NCBI GenBank assembly: GCA_018402015.1
Contig: JAGYJL010000005.1
Span: 7,499-71,498 of the forward strand
Source: Flavobacteriales bacterium
GTDB taxonomy: Bacteria; Bacteroidota; Bacteroidia; UBA10329
Reading direction: 5' to 3'
DNA length: 64,000 nt
Shown here: piece by piece, positions 48,218 to 57,984 of the stretch
Position numbering within the stretch: position 1 is the first letter of the stretch
Layout of the letters: every line of letters starts with the position of its first letter
Position numbers and translations under genes: made by a program
Notes under the pieces: model-generated
Told to the model about the DNA's origin: nothing
Databases searched by the model: none
Seen by the model: only the letters and a program-made list of their open reading frames with translations

Positions 48218-48868
48218 TCAGCGGAAATCAACCACATCGTAGCCATCAGCTTCAAACTGCTTCAGCGTTAAGTTGAAAACGGTATCAGACAACCCAGAGT
48301 TTGTTTTCATTTCTTTTACCTCCAGCAGATAGTTGGTTCCATCTTTGCCGAAAGTTTTTGAATAAACGATGTGATTTGTCTTCTTATCAATTCCTAATCG
48401 TACACGAGAATACGGCTTCTTGCCTGGGTCTTCTGGAAAAAGATCGACCGTGTTTACGGCTTTGCCACCTATCGTTTCTTCCGCAAAGAACTTGGATTTG
48501 TAGCCTTTATCATATTGGTTGAATATGTTGGATGGGTCGAGGTCTGTTTCTTCCTTGAACTCCTCAATAGACTTGATATGTACCTCCATATCTTCCTTCA
48601 TCACATACCAAACAACTTTTCCATCGCTATAGATATCCTGTCCCATCAATTCCAAGTGGAACTTGTTGCCCATAAGAGTAAGCTTTCCAGATCGGGTGTC
48701 GTTAATTCCAGCTTCCGCGTTCTCTAGCGTGTAACTGAACGTTACTGAAATATCCTTATATGCTTGGTTCGTCTTTCCAACCTGCTCAAGAATGGCAGCC
48801 GCCTTTTCGTCAGATTGCGCCAATAACGACAAAGGAAAAAGGAGAAGCGTAAATATGTTTTTGATCAT
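48218..48868 (-). CDS. LolA-like outer-membrane lipoprotein carrier family protein
   Basis: 216 aa with the signal peptide MIKNIFTLLLFPLSLLA and a LolA-like β-barrel length. It sits immediately downstream of ftsK, the conserved ftsK-lolA arrangement. Confidence 0.65.
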   Translation of the reverse strand: MIKNIFTLLLFPLSLLAQSDEKAAAILEQVGKTNQAYKDISVTFSYTLENAEAGINDTRSGKLTLMGNKFHLELMGQDIYSDGKVVWYVMKEDMEVHIKSIEEFKEETDLDPSNIFNQYDKGYKSKFFAEETIGGKAVNTVDLFPEDPGKKPYSRVRLGIDKKTNHIVYSKTFGKDGTNYLLEVKEMKTNSGLSDTVFNLTLKQFEADGYDVVDFR

Positions 48869-48871
48869 TTC

Positions 48872-51298
48872 TTAATATGTGTCATTGTTGCTTTGCAACT
48901 TCTGTTCCAAACTCATTTCATCTTGAATAAGAACCTGTCTGGCCTTACTTCCTTCGAATGGTCCGATTATTCCAGCAGCTTCCAATTGATCTACAATTCT
49001 TCCAGCCCTGTTGTAGCCAAGCTTCAGTCTACGCTGTAAAAGTGAGGCAGAGCCTTGCTGATGTTGGACAACTATTCGTGCAGCCTCATCAAATAGGGCA
49101 TCTCGATCGCCAATGTCAATTCCACCGCCATCGCCACCACCACTTTCATCAATATACTCTGGCAATTCAAATGCCGATGGGTAAGCCTGCTGACCACCGA
49201 TCCAATCGCAAACTTTTTCTACTTCTGGAGTGTCGATAAAGGCGCACTGAATACGGATCATATCATTACCTGTGCTAAGAAGCATATCACCACGACCGAT
49301 CAACTGATCGGCACCACCTGCATCGAGAATGGTTCTAGAGTCGATCTTAGAAGTTACGCGAAAGGCGATTCGTGCCGGGAAATTCGCTTTGATGGTACCC
49401 GTAATGATATTGACAGATGGGCGCTGCGTGGCAATGATCAAGTGGATTCCAATAGCCCGTGCCAATTGAGCCAATCGAGCAATTGGTGTTTCCACTTCCT
49501 TTCCTGCGGTCATTATCAGATCGGCAAACTCATCCACTACCAGTACTATGTAAGGAAGGAATTTGTGCCCCTCTTTTGGATTGAGTTTTCGGGCAATGAA
49601 TTTGGCGTTGTACTCCTTGAGGTTCCTACACTGAGCATTTTTCAGCATCTCATACCTATTGTCCATTTCTAAACACAAGGAGTTCAGTGTAGTGACAACT
49701 TTCTGCGTGTCGGTAATGATCGCCTCTTCTGTATCGGGAAGTTTGGCCAAAAAGTGCCGTTCTATTTTATTGAACAGCGTTAACTCAACCTTTTTAGGGT
49801 CAACCAGCACAAATTTTACCTGCGCAGGATGTTTCTTGTAAAGTATGGAGGCTAGAATACAGTTCAATCCCACCGATTTACCTTGCCCAGTAGCACCTGC
49901 CATAAGCAAGTGAGGCATCTTGGTAAGGTCTGTAACGTAGGTTTCGTTGCTAATGGTCTTACCGAGCGCAATAGGCAGGTCCATTTTTGAGTGCTGGAAT
50001 TTTTCTGAACTCAGAGCAGCTTTCATAGAAACCGTGTCCGGGTTTTGATTCGGCACTTCAATACCAATTGTTCCTTTTCCAGGAATAGGAGCGATAATTC
50101 TGATTCCTAGTGCCGAAAGGCTCAAAGCAATATCGTCTTCAAGATTTTTGATCTTCGAAATTCGAATTCCAGGTGCGGGAACTATCTCGTAAAGTGTAAC
50201 GGTAGGGCCGATGGTGGCCTTGATCCGATCGATCTCAATATTGTAATTCTTCAGCGTGGAAACGATGCGATTCTTGTTCGTCTCCAATTCTTCTTGGTCT
50301 ACAGAAATCTCACCTTTTCCATACGATTCCAAGAGATCCAATCCAGGTTTTTTGTAATGACTTAGATCCAATGTTGGGTCGTATTCGCCCATTCCTTCGC
50401 CATCTTCTTCTTCAACGGTCTCTTCCGATACAACCGTCTGTTCTACTTCGAACATGACGTCAGAATTTTCAACCTCAGGTTCACTTCGAATTGGGGTTGG
50501 AGATGCAGCGGTTTCCTTTACAGATGGTTCAAGTTCTAATGGGGTTTCGAATTCTTGCTCATCGGGTTCTTCTTCAACCAATTTTTCAGCAACTGCCGTT
50601 GTTAGATTCAGTTCGTTGGTCTTTACAGTAACATCAGCAATAGCCTCAAATTCTTGCTCAGCTTCGGGTTCTTTCGATTCTTTTGGTTTTCCTGCCAACA
50701 TTGATTTGATGCCATCAATCGAGAAATTGAAAACAATTGCCAAATACACAATTGAAACGAAGACCAATAGCAACGCAATACCCGCAGAGCCGATAAGACT
50801 CGCTGTCCACCGGTTAAGTTGATAACCTAATGATCCTGACAGGATTGAATTTTCTTCGAATAGGTATCCCATAGTAAGAGGAAGAAAATAGAGGAAGAAC
50901 AGTGTGTGCTTAAGCGACCTGCCAATAGGCAATAAGGTTTTTCGGAATAGAATTTTGAACCCGATCAGAATCAGAATAAACGGAAATAAGAATGCTGCAA
51001 GCCCGAACCAATTGTAGATGAACAGTTCGCCAAGGAAAGCTCCAAGTTTGCCCATCCAATTACTAACCTGTTCGTCTGGATCTGCAAGCGTGTCAACAAA
51101 ATCCTGCAGCTGACTCTGATCGGTGAACCCATCGATCATGTAAGACACAAATGAAAGTGTTAGAAACGCGGAGATTACCAGAAAGAAGATTCCAGTTACC
51201 GTCCTTGTCCGAGCATCGCCAAGAAATTCAAGAAGACCGTTCTTCTTGGACTTGGAAGTGTTCTTTTTTGAGGTTGATTTTTCCTGTTTTTCAGCCAT
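48872..51298 (-). CDS. ftsK: DNA translocase FtsK/SpoIIIE
   Basis: N-terminal TM segments, an acidic linker, the motor domain (LLMAGATGQGKSVGLNCIL, VLVVDEFADL, IIATQRPSVNIITG) and the C-terminal γ domain. Confidence 0.9.
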   Translation of the reverse strand: MAEKQEKSTSKKNTSKSKKNGLLEFLGDARTRTVTGIFFLVISAFLTLSFVSYMIDGFTDQSQLQDFVDTLADPDEQVSNWMGKLGAFLGELFIYNWFGLAAFLFPFILILIGFKILFRKTLLPIGRSLKHTLFFLYFLPLTMGYLFEENSILSGSLGYQLNRWTASLIGSAGIALLLVFVSIVYLAIVFNFSIDGIKSMLAGKPKESKEPEAEQEFEAIADVTVKTNELNLTTAVAEKLVEEEPDEQEFETPLELEPSVKETAASPTPIRSEPEVENSDVMFEVEQTVVSEETVEEEDGEGMGEYDPTLDLSHYKKPGLDLLESYGKGEISVDQEELETNKNRIVSTLKNYNIEIDRIKATIGPTVTLYEIVPAPGIRISKIKNLEDDIALSLSALGIRIIAPIPGKGTIGIEVPNQNPDTVSMKAALSSEKFQHSKMDLPIALGKTISNETYVTDLTKMPHLLMAGATGQGKSVGLNCILASILYKKHPAQVKFVLVDPKKVELTLFNKIERHFLAKLPDTEEAIITDTQKVVTTLNSLCLEMDNRYEMLKNAQCRNLKEYNAKFIARKLNPKEGHKFLPYIVLVVDEFADLIMTAGKEVETPIARLAQLARAIGIHLIIATQRPSVNIITGTIKANFPARIAFRVTSKIDSRTILDAGGADQLIGRGDMLLSTGNDMIRIQCAFIDTPEVEKVCDWIGGQQAYPSAFELPEYIDESGGGDGGGIDIGDRDALFDEAARIVVQHQQGSASLLQRRLKLGYNRAGRIVDQLEAAGIIGPFEGSKARQVLIQDEMSLEQKLQSNNDTY

Positions 51299-51389
51299 TC
51301 CGCCCTACGTTCCCAAATGTAAGAAAAACCCGAACAAGCGTACAGCACGGGCCTTTAACAGAACGCTGAGAAAAGAAAGATATTCTGAA

Positions 51390-52130
51390 TCAGAAACTTT
51401 GGAAAATATCGGCCATTTCTTCAACTGTTATCGGCTGATATTCAGTGGTGATAATAAAGTCTTCTGTAGGATACTCTTCCGCCACAACAGCCGTGGCAAC
51501 CATATGCATGTCAATATTGAACTTATTGACCGTGGCTTCCATCAGTACACCGCTTATTTCATGAAACGGAGTACACCAGTTAGGCTCTTTTATGCCTATT
51601 TCATCTGTATAGAAGATGCTGAAGTCCTTCTCAGGGTCGCCACCAAACGTTACAAACGCATGTTTGCAGTTGTATCCGGCAATCATTTTGGTGCTGTCTG
51701 ATGGAGTGATGGTCATGCCGTCAGGCTTCTTGCCGTATTCCTCCATAATCTCTACGCTGTCCATTTCCAGCCCAGAATACTTATTGGCAATTCTTACTAA
51801 GTGGGTGACCTTCTTTTCCTTATTGTTGGCCAACAGCGAAGTGCTGAACACCGCCATAGATGTTTTCAGTTCGTTCTTGGTGTTGTTATCCTTGAATTTG
51901 AAACTCATCTCCGTAGGAAACATAGAAGTGAAGATGTTGTCGTCCTTGAACTGAGGATAGGTCAGTTTGTATACGATCTTACCCTCTTTGATAATGCTTT
52001 GTTCGGAGGTTTCTTCCGCTCCGTCTCCACAGCCCATCAAGTTCACAATGGTCACTGTGCCAATGGCAAGCAAACCAATTCTTTTCCACAATGCTTTCAA
52101 ATGACTCTTTCTTTTGAAGTTAGAGCCCAA
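51390..52130 (-). CDS. Hypothetical lipoprotein
   Basis: Lipoprotein signal ...LLAIGTVTIVNLMGCGDG. No recognised domain. Confidence 0.45.
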   Translation of the reverse strand: MGSNFKRKSHLKALWKRIGLLAIGTVTIVNLMGCGDGAEETSEQSIIKEGKIVYKLTYPQFKDDNIFTSMFPTEMSFKFKDNNTKNELKTSMAVFSTSLLANNKEKKVTHLVRIANKYSGLEMDSVEIMEEYGKKPDGMTITPSDSTKMIAGYNCKHAFVTFGGDPEKDFSIFYTDEIGIKEPNWCTPFHEISGVLMEATVNKFNIDMHMVATAVVAEEYPTEDFIITTEYQPITVEEMADIFQSF

Positions 52131-52252
52131 GTTCCTGGTTGTCTTGTCGACACGCTAAAGTAAGCACAATTATGCATTTCCAAGTTTCACTTATTAAAAA
52201 ATACGTGAATCGCGTAACGCTATATTTGGCTTTAGGGTTACAGTAAATAAGC

Positions 52253-53641
52253 TCAGTATCCCAATATTTTCAACATTACTTCGTGGCCCTGTTCTTCTGC
52301 GAACAACTCCGATTTTAAAACGCCATTCTCATCTTTTCTTACCAGAATCTGCTTTGGTGATGGTATGAGACAATGCTGAATTCCGCCATATCCGCCAAGC
52401 GCATTCTGGTATGCTCCGGTATTGAAGAATCCGATATACTGCTGTCTTGTAGTGCTGTATTTTGGTAGGTAGATGTTGTTTACGTGCGCTTCTACGTTGT
52501 AATAATCCTGATTATCGCAGGTGAGTCCACCGAGATTGACGCGCTCATACGGATCATTCCAATTGTTTATGGCCAGAAGGATGAAGCGCTTATTGATTGC
52601 CCACGTATCTGGCAATGTGGTGATGAATGAACTATCGATCATATTCCACCATTCCACATCGTTCTGTTTTTTCTGATCGATAATGGAATAGATAGTGGCG
52701 CCACTTTCGGCAACGGTATAACTACCAAACTCGGTTAGGATGTTTGGTTCAGGTACACCTTCTTTCTGGCAGTATTCTTTAATGTGCCTTACGATCTCTT
52801 GCGTAAGGTATTGATAATCGAACTCGTCTGCTAACGATTGTTTGGTCGGAAATCCGCCACCAATATTCAAGCTGTCCAGAGTAGGGCATACCTTCTTCAG
52901 ATCGCAGTAAACCTGAAGGCACTTGCTCAATTCATTCCAATAATAAAGGCTGTCTTCAATTCCATTATCAATGAAAAGATGGAGCATTTTTAGATTGAAA
53001 ATATCGGAATCAGCAATTTCTTTCTCGTAGAAGGATTGGATGTTCCTGTGCCGGATCCCTAATCTAGCAGTGTAATATTCCGATTGAGGCTCTTCTCCTG
53101 TTGCAATACGAATACCAATATTGCATGGTTTTGTTACCATGCTAGAAAGCAATTTCAGTTCCTTTTGGTTGTCTAATACCGGAACGCTATTGAATCCGTC
53201 ATTGATAAGATCAGCGATCAACTTCGCGTACAACTCGCGCTTGTAGCCATTGTGCACCAACATGGTGTTTTTGGTGATCTTACCTTGTTCGAATAACCTA
53301 CGGATGATGTGAATATCGTACGCAGAAGAAGTTTCGAGTTCCACGTTGTTCTTCAACACCTCATCAAGAACAAATGCAAAATGAGAACTTTTGGTACAGT
53401 AGCAGTAGGTGTAGGTGCCTTGATAACCTATCTCTACCATGGCCTGCCCAAAGTGGTAACGGGCCTTTTGGATCTGATTACTGATACTTGGAAGATAGTT
53501 GAGTTTCAGCGGAGTTCCGTACTGTTCTATCAGTTCCATTAGTTCAATCCCGTGAAAAAAGAGGCAGTCGTTTCTAACCTCAAATCCGTCCTGCGGAAAA
53601 TCGACCGATTGATCGATGAATTCTCTATAAGTATTTGCCAT
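52253..53641 (-). CDS. speA: Arginine decarboxylase (biosynthetic, SpeA-type, about 460-aa Bacteroidetes form)
   Basis: The N-terminal MANTYREFIDQ...FFHGIELMELIEQYGTPL and overall length match Bacteroidetes SpeA-type arginine decarboxylases. Confidence 0.8.
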   Translation of the reverse strand: MANTYREFIDQSVDFPQDGFEVRNDCLFFHGIELMELIEQYGTPLKLNYLPSISNQIQKARYHFGQAMVEIGYQGTYTYCYCTKSSHFAFVLDEVLKNNVELETSSAYDIHIIRRLFEQGKITKNTMLVHNGYKRELYAKLIADLINDGFNSVPVLDNQKELKLLSSMVTKPCNIGIRIATGEEPQSEYYTARLGIRHRNIQSFYEKEIADSDIFNLKMLHLFIDNGIEDSLYYWNELSKCLQVYCDLKKVCPTLDSLNIGGGFPTKQSLADEFDYQYLTQEIVRHIKEYCQKEGVPEPNILTEFGSYTVAESGATIYSIIDQKKQNDVEWWNMIDSSFITTLPDTWAINKRFILLAINNWNDPYERVNLGGLTCDNQDYYNVEAHVNNIYLPKYSTTRQQYIGFFNTGAYQNALGGYGGIQHCLIPSPKQILVRKDENGVLKSELFAEEQGHEVMLKILGY

Positions 53642-53643
53642 TT

Positions 53644-54582
53644 CTAGTTTTTCGGTAGAAATATCTCCGCCATCATGCAGCGTGCGCTACCACCACCTAA
53701 AGTTTCTATTGTGTTTAAAGAACTATGTACAATACGATTGCTCTCTGATATTGTTCGCCTTTGCTCTTCTGTTAGGCTATTGTATGCTTGAGTAGACATG
53801 ACCATTATGCGTTCTCCTACATTATTTACAAGCTGAAGCATGTTTCCCGCAAAGCTCGATTTTTGCGCTTCGCTGATGTAGAGAATCTGCTTTCCACTTT
53901 TTTCCAATGAGGAAACTACCTCGGCACGTTCGGTGGCATTCTTGATGCTATCAGCACAAAGAATCGCTATTTCCTGGCCAACGCTCATCATTACGTTGGT
54001 ATGGTAGATCGGCTGTAATTCTCCATTCACATCTTGCATTGCTCGGAAACTCACCACTTCGTAACCCAACTGTTTGGCCCAATCGTTCAGCAGAATTTCG
54101 TTTGTTCGTTGAGATATGCCAGCATAGGCGATCAGGTTTTCTCTGTCCAGAACCAAACTACCTGTTCCTTCTAGAAAAAGACCATCAAATTCGCAGCCGG
54201 AATAATCCAATGTTTCGGTAATGCTGAAACCTTTCTCTTTCAGTTTCTCCGGTATGTCTTCGCGTCTTTCCGATCTTCGGTTTTCTGCGGCCATCGGATA
54301 CAGAACAACCATTCCTGTTTCGTGAAAGGAGATCCAATTGTTAGGGAAAATACTATCTGGGGTCAGTGGTTCAAGCGTGTCGTCAATAACCGTTACGTCA
54401 ACTCCCGCATCGCGCAGTTTGGTTGCAAATGCGTCAAACTCTTTAACTGCCTCCAATTGTGCAGTTTCACTGTTTAAACCATCTACCTGTTTTTGGTAGT
54501 GGTTGTCTATTGCGGTTTCAGTATTCATGGCAAACGCCACGGGCCGGATCATAAGTATGTGGGAAGTGTTCTGCGCTGGCAT
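53644..54582 (-). CDS. Pentein/amidinotransferase-superfamily hydrolase (arginine-deiminase-related / CtlX-DDAH-like). The likely start is MPAQNTSHIL.
   Basis: About 310 aa with a C-terminal ...TLGGGSARCMMAEIF catalytic-Cys motif typical of guanidino-group-modifying enzymes. Confidence 0.55.
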   Translation of the reverse strand: MPAQNTSHILMIRPVAFAMNTETAIDNHYQKQVDGLNSETAQLEAVKEFDAFATKLRDAGVDVTVIDDTLEPLTPDSIFPNNWISFHETGMVVLYPMAAENRRSERREDIPEKLKEKGFSITETLDYSGCEFDGLFLEGTGSLVLDRENLIAYAGISQRTNEILLNDWAKQLGYEVVSFRAMQDVNGELQPIYHTNVMMSVGQEIAILCADSIKNATERAEVVSSLEKSGKQILYISEAQKSSFAGNMLQLVNNVGERIMVMSTQAYNSLTEEQRRTISESNRIVHSSLNTIETLGGGSARCMMAEIFLPKN

Positions 54583-54584
54583 CT

Positions 54585-56057
54585 TCAAATATCTTCTCGT
54601 TGCAATGGCATGCTCATACAATGTGTTCCGCCTCTGGCTCTTGATAGTTCAGCAGACGGCAAAGTAATGAGCGTGTCGCCAGTTATCAGATCTTCCAGTT
54701 TAGCGCCCGCATCCATTTGGGCATTGAAATCTTCTGCCTTTATGATCTTGAAACCTCGATCTTGAAGCGTTTTGTTCGTATGTACGTTTCTGTCATAACC
54801 GATTATCACGCCTTCTCTGATTGCTAGGAAATTACAGCTATCTGTCCATTGTTCTCGCTCAGTGAACGGAAATTTGGCTCCACCATTAGGGATGATATTC
54901 ACTTTTTCACAACCGAAATCAACGGTGCTTACTTCGCGGAGCAGATCATCCAGAAAATCGAATTCCTTCACGGTTACTTTAAAGCCATCTGCTTTTTTCT
55001 CGCGGATGAACTGCGTAACGTAAACCTGTTCTTCTGGCGTTTCCATTTCATCATCCAACATTCTTCTGAAGTCGATCTCTTCCTTGGATAAGGTTATAGC
55101 ATCCTTGGTAAAGGGCGCATACACCACCCAAGAATCGCGCTTTATCATTGTAAAAATGGTGTCGATATGCATGTAAGCACGTTCTGCAGGAATGTTCACC
55201 ACCGATACTTTATCTACCAGGTCTCTTTGAAAAAGCTGAGTGGTAAGCTGATGAATAGCATTCTGCGTGGTTCGGGCGCTCAACCCTACCAAAAGATGAC
55301 GAGGGCTGATCATCATTACATCGCCACCTTCAATACTCACCTCCTGTGTTTCTTTTTCCAGCGAATCGGTTAGGAAGTAATACTCGTTGTCTTCCAATTC
55401 AATAACCCGGTCAGAGAACTGGTACTTTTCCCAATTTGCTTCATCTCCAAATAGATGGAAGTAAGCAATGTATTTGATGAGCAAAGCTTCTCTTGTTCGG
55501 CCTTTTTCCGCTGCTTTTATTAGCAAAAGGTGGTCGTTGATCACAATTCCTATATCTCGGGTAAAGATGAAGTTCGGAATAGGAGCAAAGAGGTAGTCTT
55601 CTTCTCCTTCATAGATCCAAACGCCAGATATCAGTGTTCGTGTCAACGTTTCTGCGTCCATTTTCATGAGCAACATCTGCGTTTCAAAGTCGCACTTTTC
55701 CATAGCGCACACAGCCGATACCAGAAGTTGTTTGGCCAGATCATTGCTTAAAACCTGCATCAGCAAATGTTCAGCATCGAGCACCTTATCCGATTTCAGA
55801 TACCCTTTTTTGGTTGGTTTAAAAAAATCAGAGTCGCTCTTGTCTCTGTTTCTTACCACATCAGGATCAAGGAACCACAGGAGCACACACAGGTATTGGT
55901 TGTATTCCTTACGCATCTTATCCAAGTAAACGATGTCATCGTACAATAGATCTTCCATCATTCTTGGGGCAATTTTTCCAATACCCGCATCCGGACTGTG
56001 AATGATCAACCTTTTTAAGGTTCCTACTTCTGACGATACTTTGATGTTCTTGCTCAT
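54585..56057 (-). CDS. Arginine deiminase-family (amidinotransferase-fold) protein, 490 aa
   Basis: The N-terminal SEVGTLKRLIIHSPD resembles the ADI N-terminus. The C-terminal RARGGTHCMSMPL is a catalytic Cys motif. Confidence 0.6.
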   Translation of the reverse strand: MSKNIKVSSEVGTLKRLIIHSPDAGIGKIAPRMMEDLLYDDIVYLDKMRKEYNQYLCVLLWFLDPDVVRNRDKSDSDFFKPTKKGYLKSDKVLDAEHLLMQVLSNDLAKQLLVSAVCAMEKCDFETQMLLMKMDAETLTRTLISGVWIYEGEEDYLFAPIPNFIFTRDIGIVINDHLLLIKAAEKGRTREALLIKYIAYFHLFGDEANWEKYQFSDRVIELEDNEYYFLTDSLEKETQEVSIEGGDVMMISPRHLLVGLSARTTQNAIHQLTTQLFQRDLVDKVSVVNIPAERAYMHIDTIFTMIKRDSWVVYAPFTKDAITLSKEEIDFRRMLDDEMETPEEQVYVTQFIREKKADGFKVTVKEFDFLDDLLREVSTVDFGCEKVNIIPNGGAKFPFTEREQWTDSCNFLAIREGVIIGYDRNVHTNKTLQDRGFKIIKAEDFNAQMDAGAKLEDLITGDTLITLPSAELSRARGGTHCMSMPLQREDI

Positions 56058-56127
56058 GAACTGAGATTTGGGGCGAAGTTAGTAAGTTGCCTTTCTTTCG
56101 CATCTACTCACATCAATCTCGAAACGA

Positions 56128-56135
56128 TACTTTTG
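56128..56135 (+). promoter_or_regulatory. Putative -7 element (TACTTTTG) for argS in the divergent intergenic region
   Basis: Matches the Bacteroidetes TAnnTTTG consensus, 17 nt upstream of the argS ATG. Confidence 0.3.
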
Positions 56136-56151
56136 CAGCAAAATTCAACAG

Positions 56152-57930
56152 GTGTCAAACGTACTCGTATCAAGTGTTCAGCAGGTTCTAAAGGAACTCT
56201 ATGCTCAGGATCTTTCAGAAAGCCAGATTCAACTTCAGAAAACCCGAAAGGATTTTGATGGAGATGTGACCTTAGTGGTGTTTCCGCTTCTGCGTGTTTC
56301 CAAAGTTTCTCCCGAGCAAACGGGGCAACAGATAGGAGAGGCATTGGTCAATGCGGTCGACTATGTAGAAAGCTTCAACGTGGTCAAAGGATTTCTCAAC
56401 CTTTCCTTTACAGCCGGTTATTGGGTATCCCGATTAGCAGAAATTGCACAGACTGATAATTACGGACAGCGACCAAAAGGAGGTCATAGCCGTAATGTTA
56501 TGGTCGAATACTCTTCGCCAAACACCAACAAACCACTGCATTTGGGGCACATCCGAAACAACCTTTTGGGCTATTCTGTTTCTGAGATACTCAAGGCCAA
56601 CGGGCACGAAGTGAAGAAAGTACAGGTTATTAACGACCGTGGAATTCACATCTGCAAAAGCATGCTCGCTTGGCAGAAATATGGCGAAAACGAAACGCCA
56701 CAATCCTCCGGGTTGAAAGGCGATAAGTTGGTTGGTAAGTATTATGTAGAATTCGATAAGCGCTACAAAGCAGAGATTGCCGCATTGATCGCATCTGGAA
56801 AAACCGAAGAAGAAGCAAAGGCTGAAGCTCCGATTATCATAGAAGCGCGAGAAATGCTTCAGAAGTGGGAAGCGGAAGATCCTGAAGTCCGTGAACTTTG
56901 GGCCAAAATGAACGGCTGGGTTTATAATGGATTTGATACAACTTACAAGCGCCTAGGTGTAGATTTCGATAAACTCTATTACGAAAGCAATACCTATTTA
57001 ATAGGTAAGGAATTGGTGGAAAGTGGAGTAGAGGAAGGTGTTTTTCAGAAGCGCGAGGATGGATCTATTTGGTGTGACCTGACAGAGGATGGGATGGACC
57101 AAAAACTTCTGCTTCGCTCGGATGGTACGGCAGTTTACATGACACAGGATCTTGGAACCGCCAAACTGCGATATGAAGACTGGCCAGCGCTCAATCAGCT
57201 TATTTATACCGTTGGAAACGAACAAGATTACCACTTTAAAGTACTGTTCCTGCTCCTTGGTAAGCTCGGATTTGAATGGGCCAGTAATTGTTATCATCTT
57301 TCTTACGGAATGGTAGACCTGCCTTCGGGCAAGATGAAATCTCGTGAAGGAACTGTGGTAGATGCGGACGATCTAATGGATGAAATGTTTGAAACGGCTA
57401 AAGCTCAATCTGCGGAAAAAGGAAAATTGGATGGGCTAACAGAGGAGGAGGCCGATTCTCTGTTTGAAATGCTGGGCATGGGCGCATTGAAGTATTTTAT
57501 GCTGAAAGTCGATCCGAAGAAACGAATGCTCTTCAATCCTGCAGAAAGCATTGATATGCAAGGAAACACGGGGCCATTCATTCAATACACACATGCACGG
57601 ATAAAATCGGTACTCAGAAAGGTTGAAAACACAGTCAAAGAAGTTCCAGCAGTAACAGGCATCAACGTTAATGAACGTACGTTGATACAATTGTTGAACC
57701 AATATCCAGAGATAATTCAATTGGCTGGGGAAGAGTACAGTCCGGCCGTAATTGCCAATTATGTATATGAGCTTGCCAAGGAGTACAACACCTTCTATCA
57801 TGAATGTCCGATTCTTATAGAAGCGGATGAGAATGTGAAACAATTGAGATTGGTTATCTCGCAAATGACGGCCAACGTCATAGCCTCTGGAATGAAACTT
57901 TTAGGAGTTCAAGTTCCAGACAGAATGTAA
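56152..57930 (+). CDS. argS: Arginyl-tRNA synthetase
   Basis: SPNTNKPLHLGHIRNN (HIGH region), KMKSREG (KMSKS-like) and 592 aa. Confidence 0.95.
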   Translation: MSNVLVSSVQQVLKELYAQDLSESQIQLQKTRKDFDGDVTLVVFPLLRVSKVSPEQTGQQIGEALVNAVDYVESFNVVKGFLNLSFTAGYWVSRLAEIAQTDNYGQRPKGGHSRNVMVEYSSPNTNKPLHLGHIRNNLLGYSVSEILKANGHEVKKVQVINDRGIHICKSMLAWQKYGENETPQSSGLKGDKLVGKYYVEFDKRYKAEIAALIASGKTEEEAKAEAPIIIEAREMLQKWEAEDPEVRELWAKMNGWVYNGFDTTYKRLGVDFDKLYYESNTYLIGKELVESGVEEGVFQKREDGSIWCDLTEDGMDQKLLLRSDGTAVYMTQDLGTAKLRYEDWPALNQLIYTVGNEQDYHFKVLFLLLGKLGFEWASNCYHLSYGMVDLPSGKMKSREGTVVDADDLMDEMFETAKAQSAEKGKLDGLTEEEADSLFEMLGMGALKYFMLKVDPKKRMLFNPAESIDMQGNTGPFIQYTHARIKSVLRKVENTVKEVPAVTGINVNERTLIQLLNQYPEIIQLAGEEYSPAVIANYVYELAKEYNTFYHECPILIEADENVKQLRLVISQMTANVIASGMKLLGVQVPDRM

Positions 57931-57984
57931 ATTGATAAACGTGCGTGGTAACATTACCTTTGCACGCCTAAATGTAGAGAGCAC

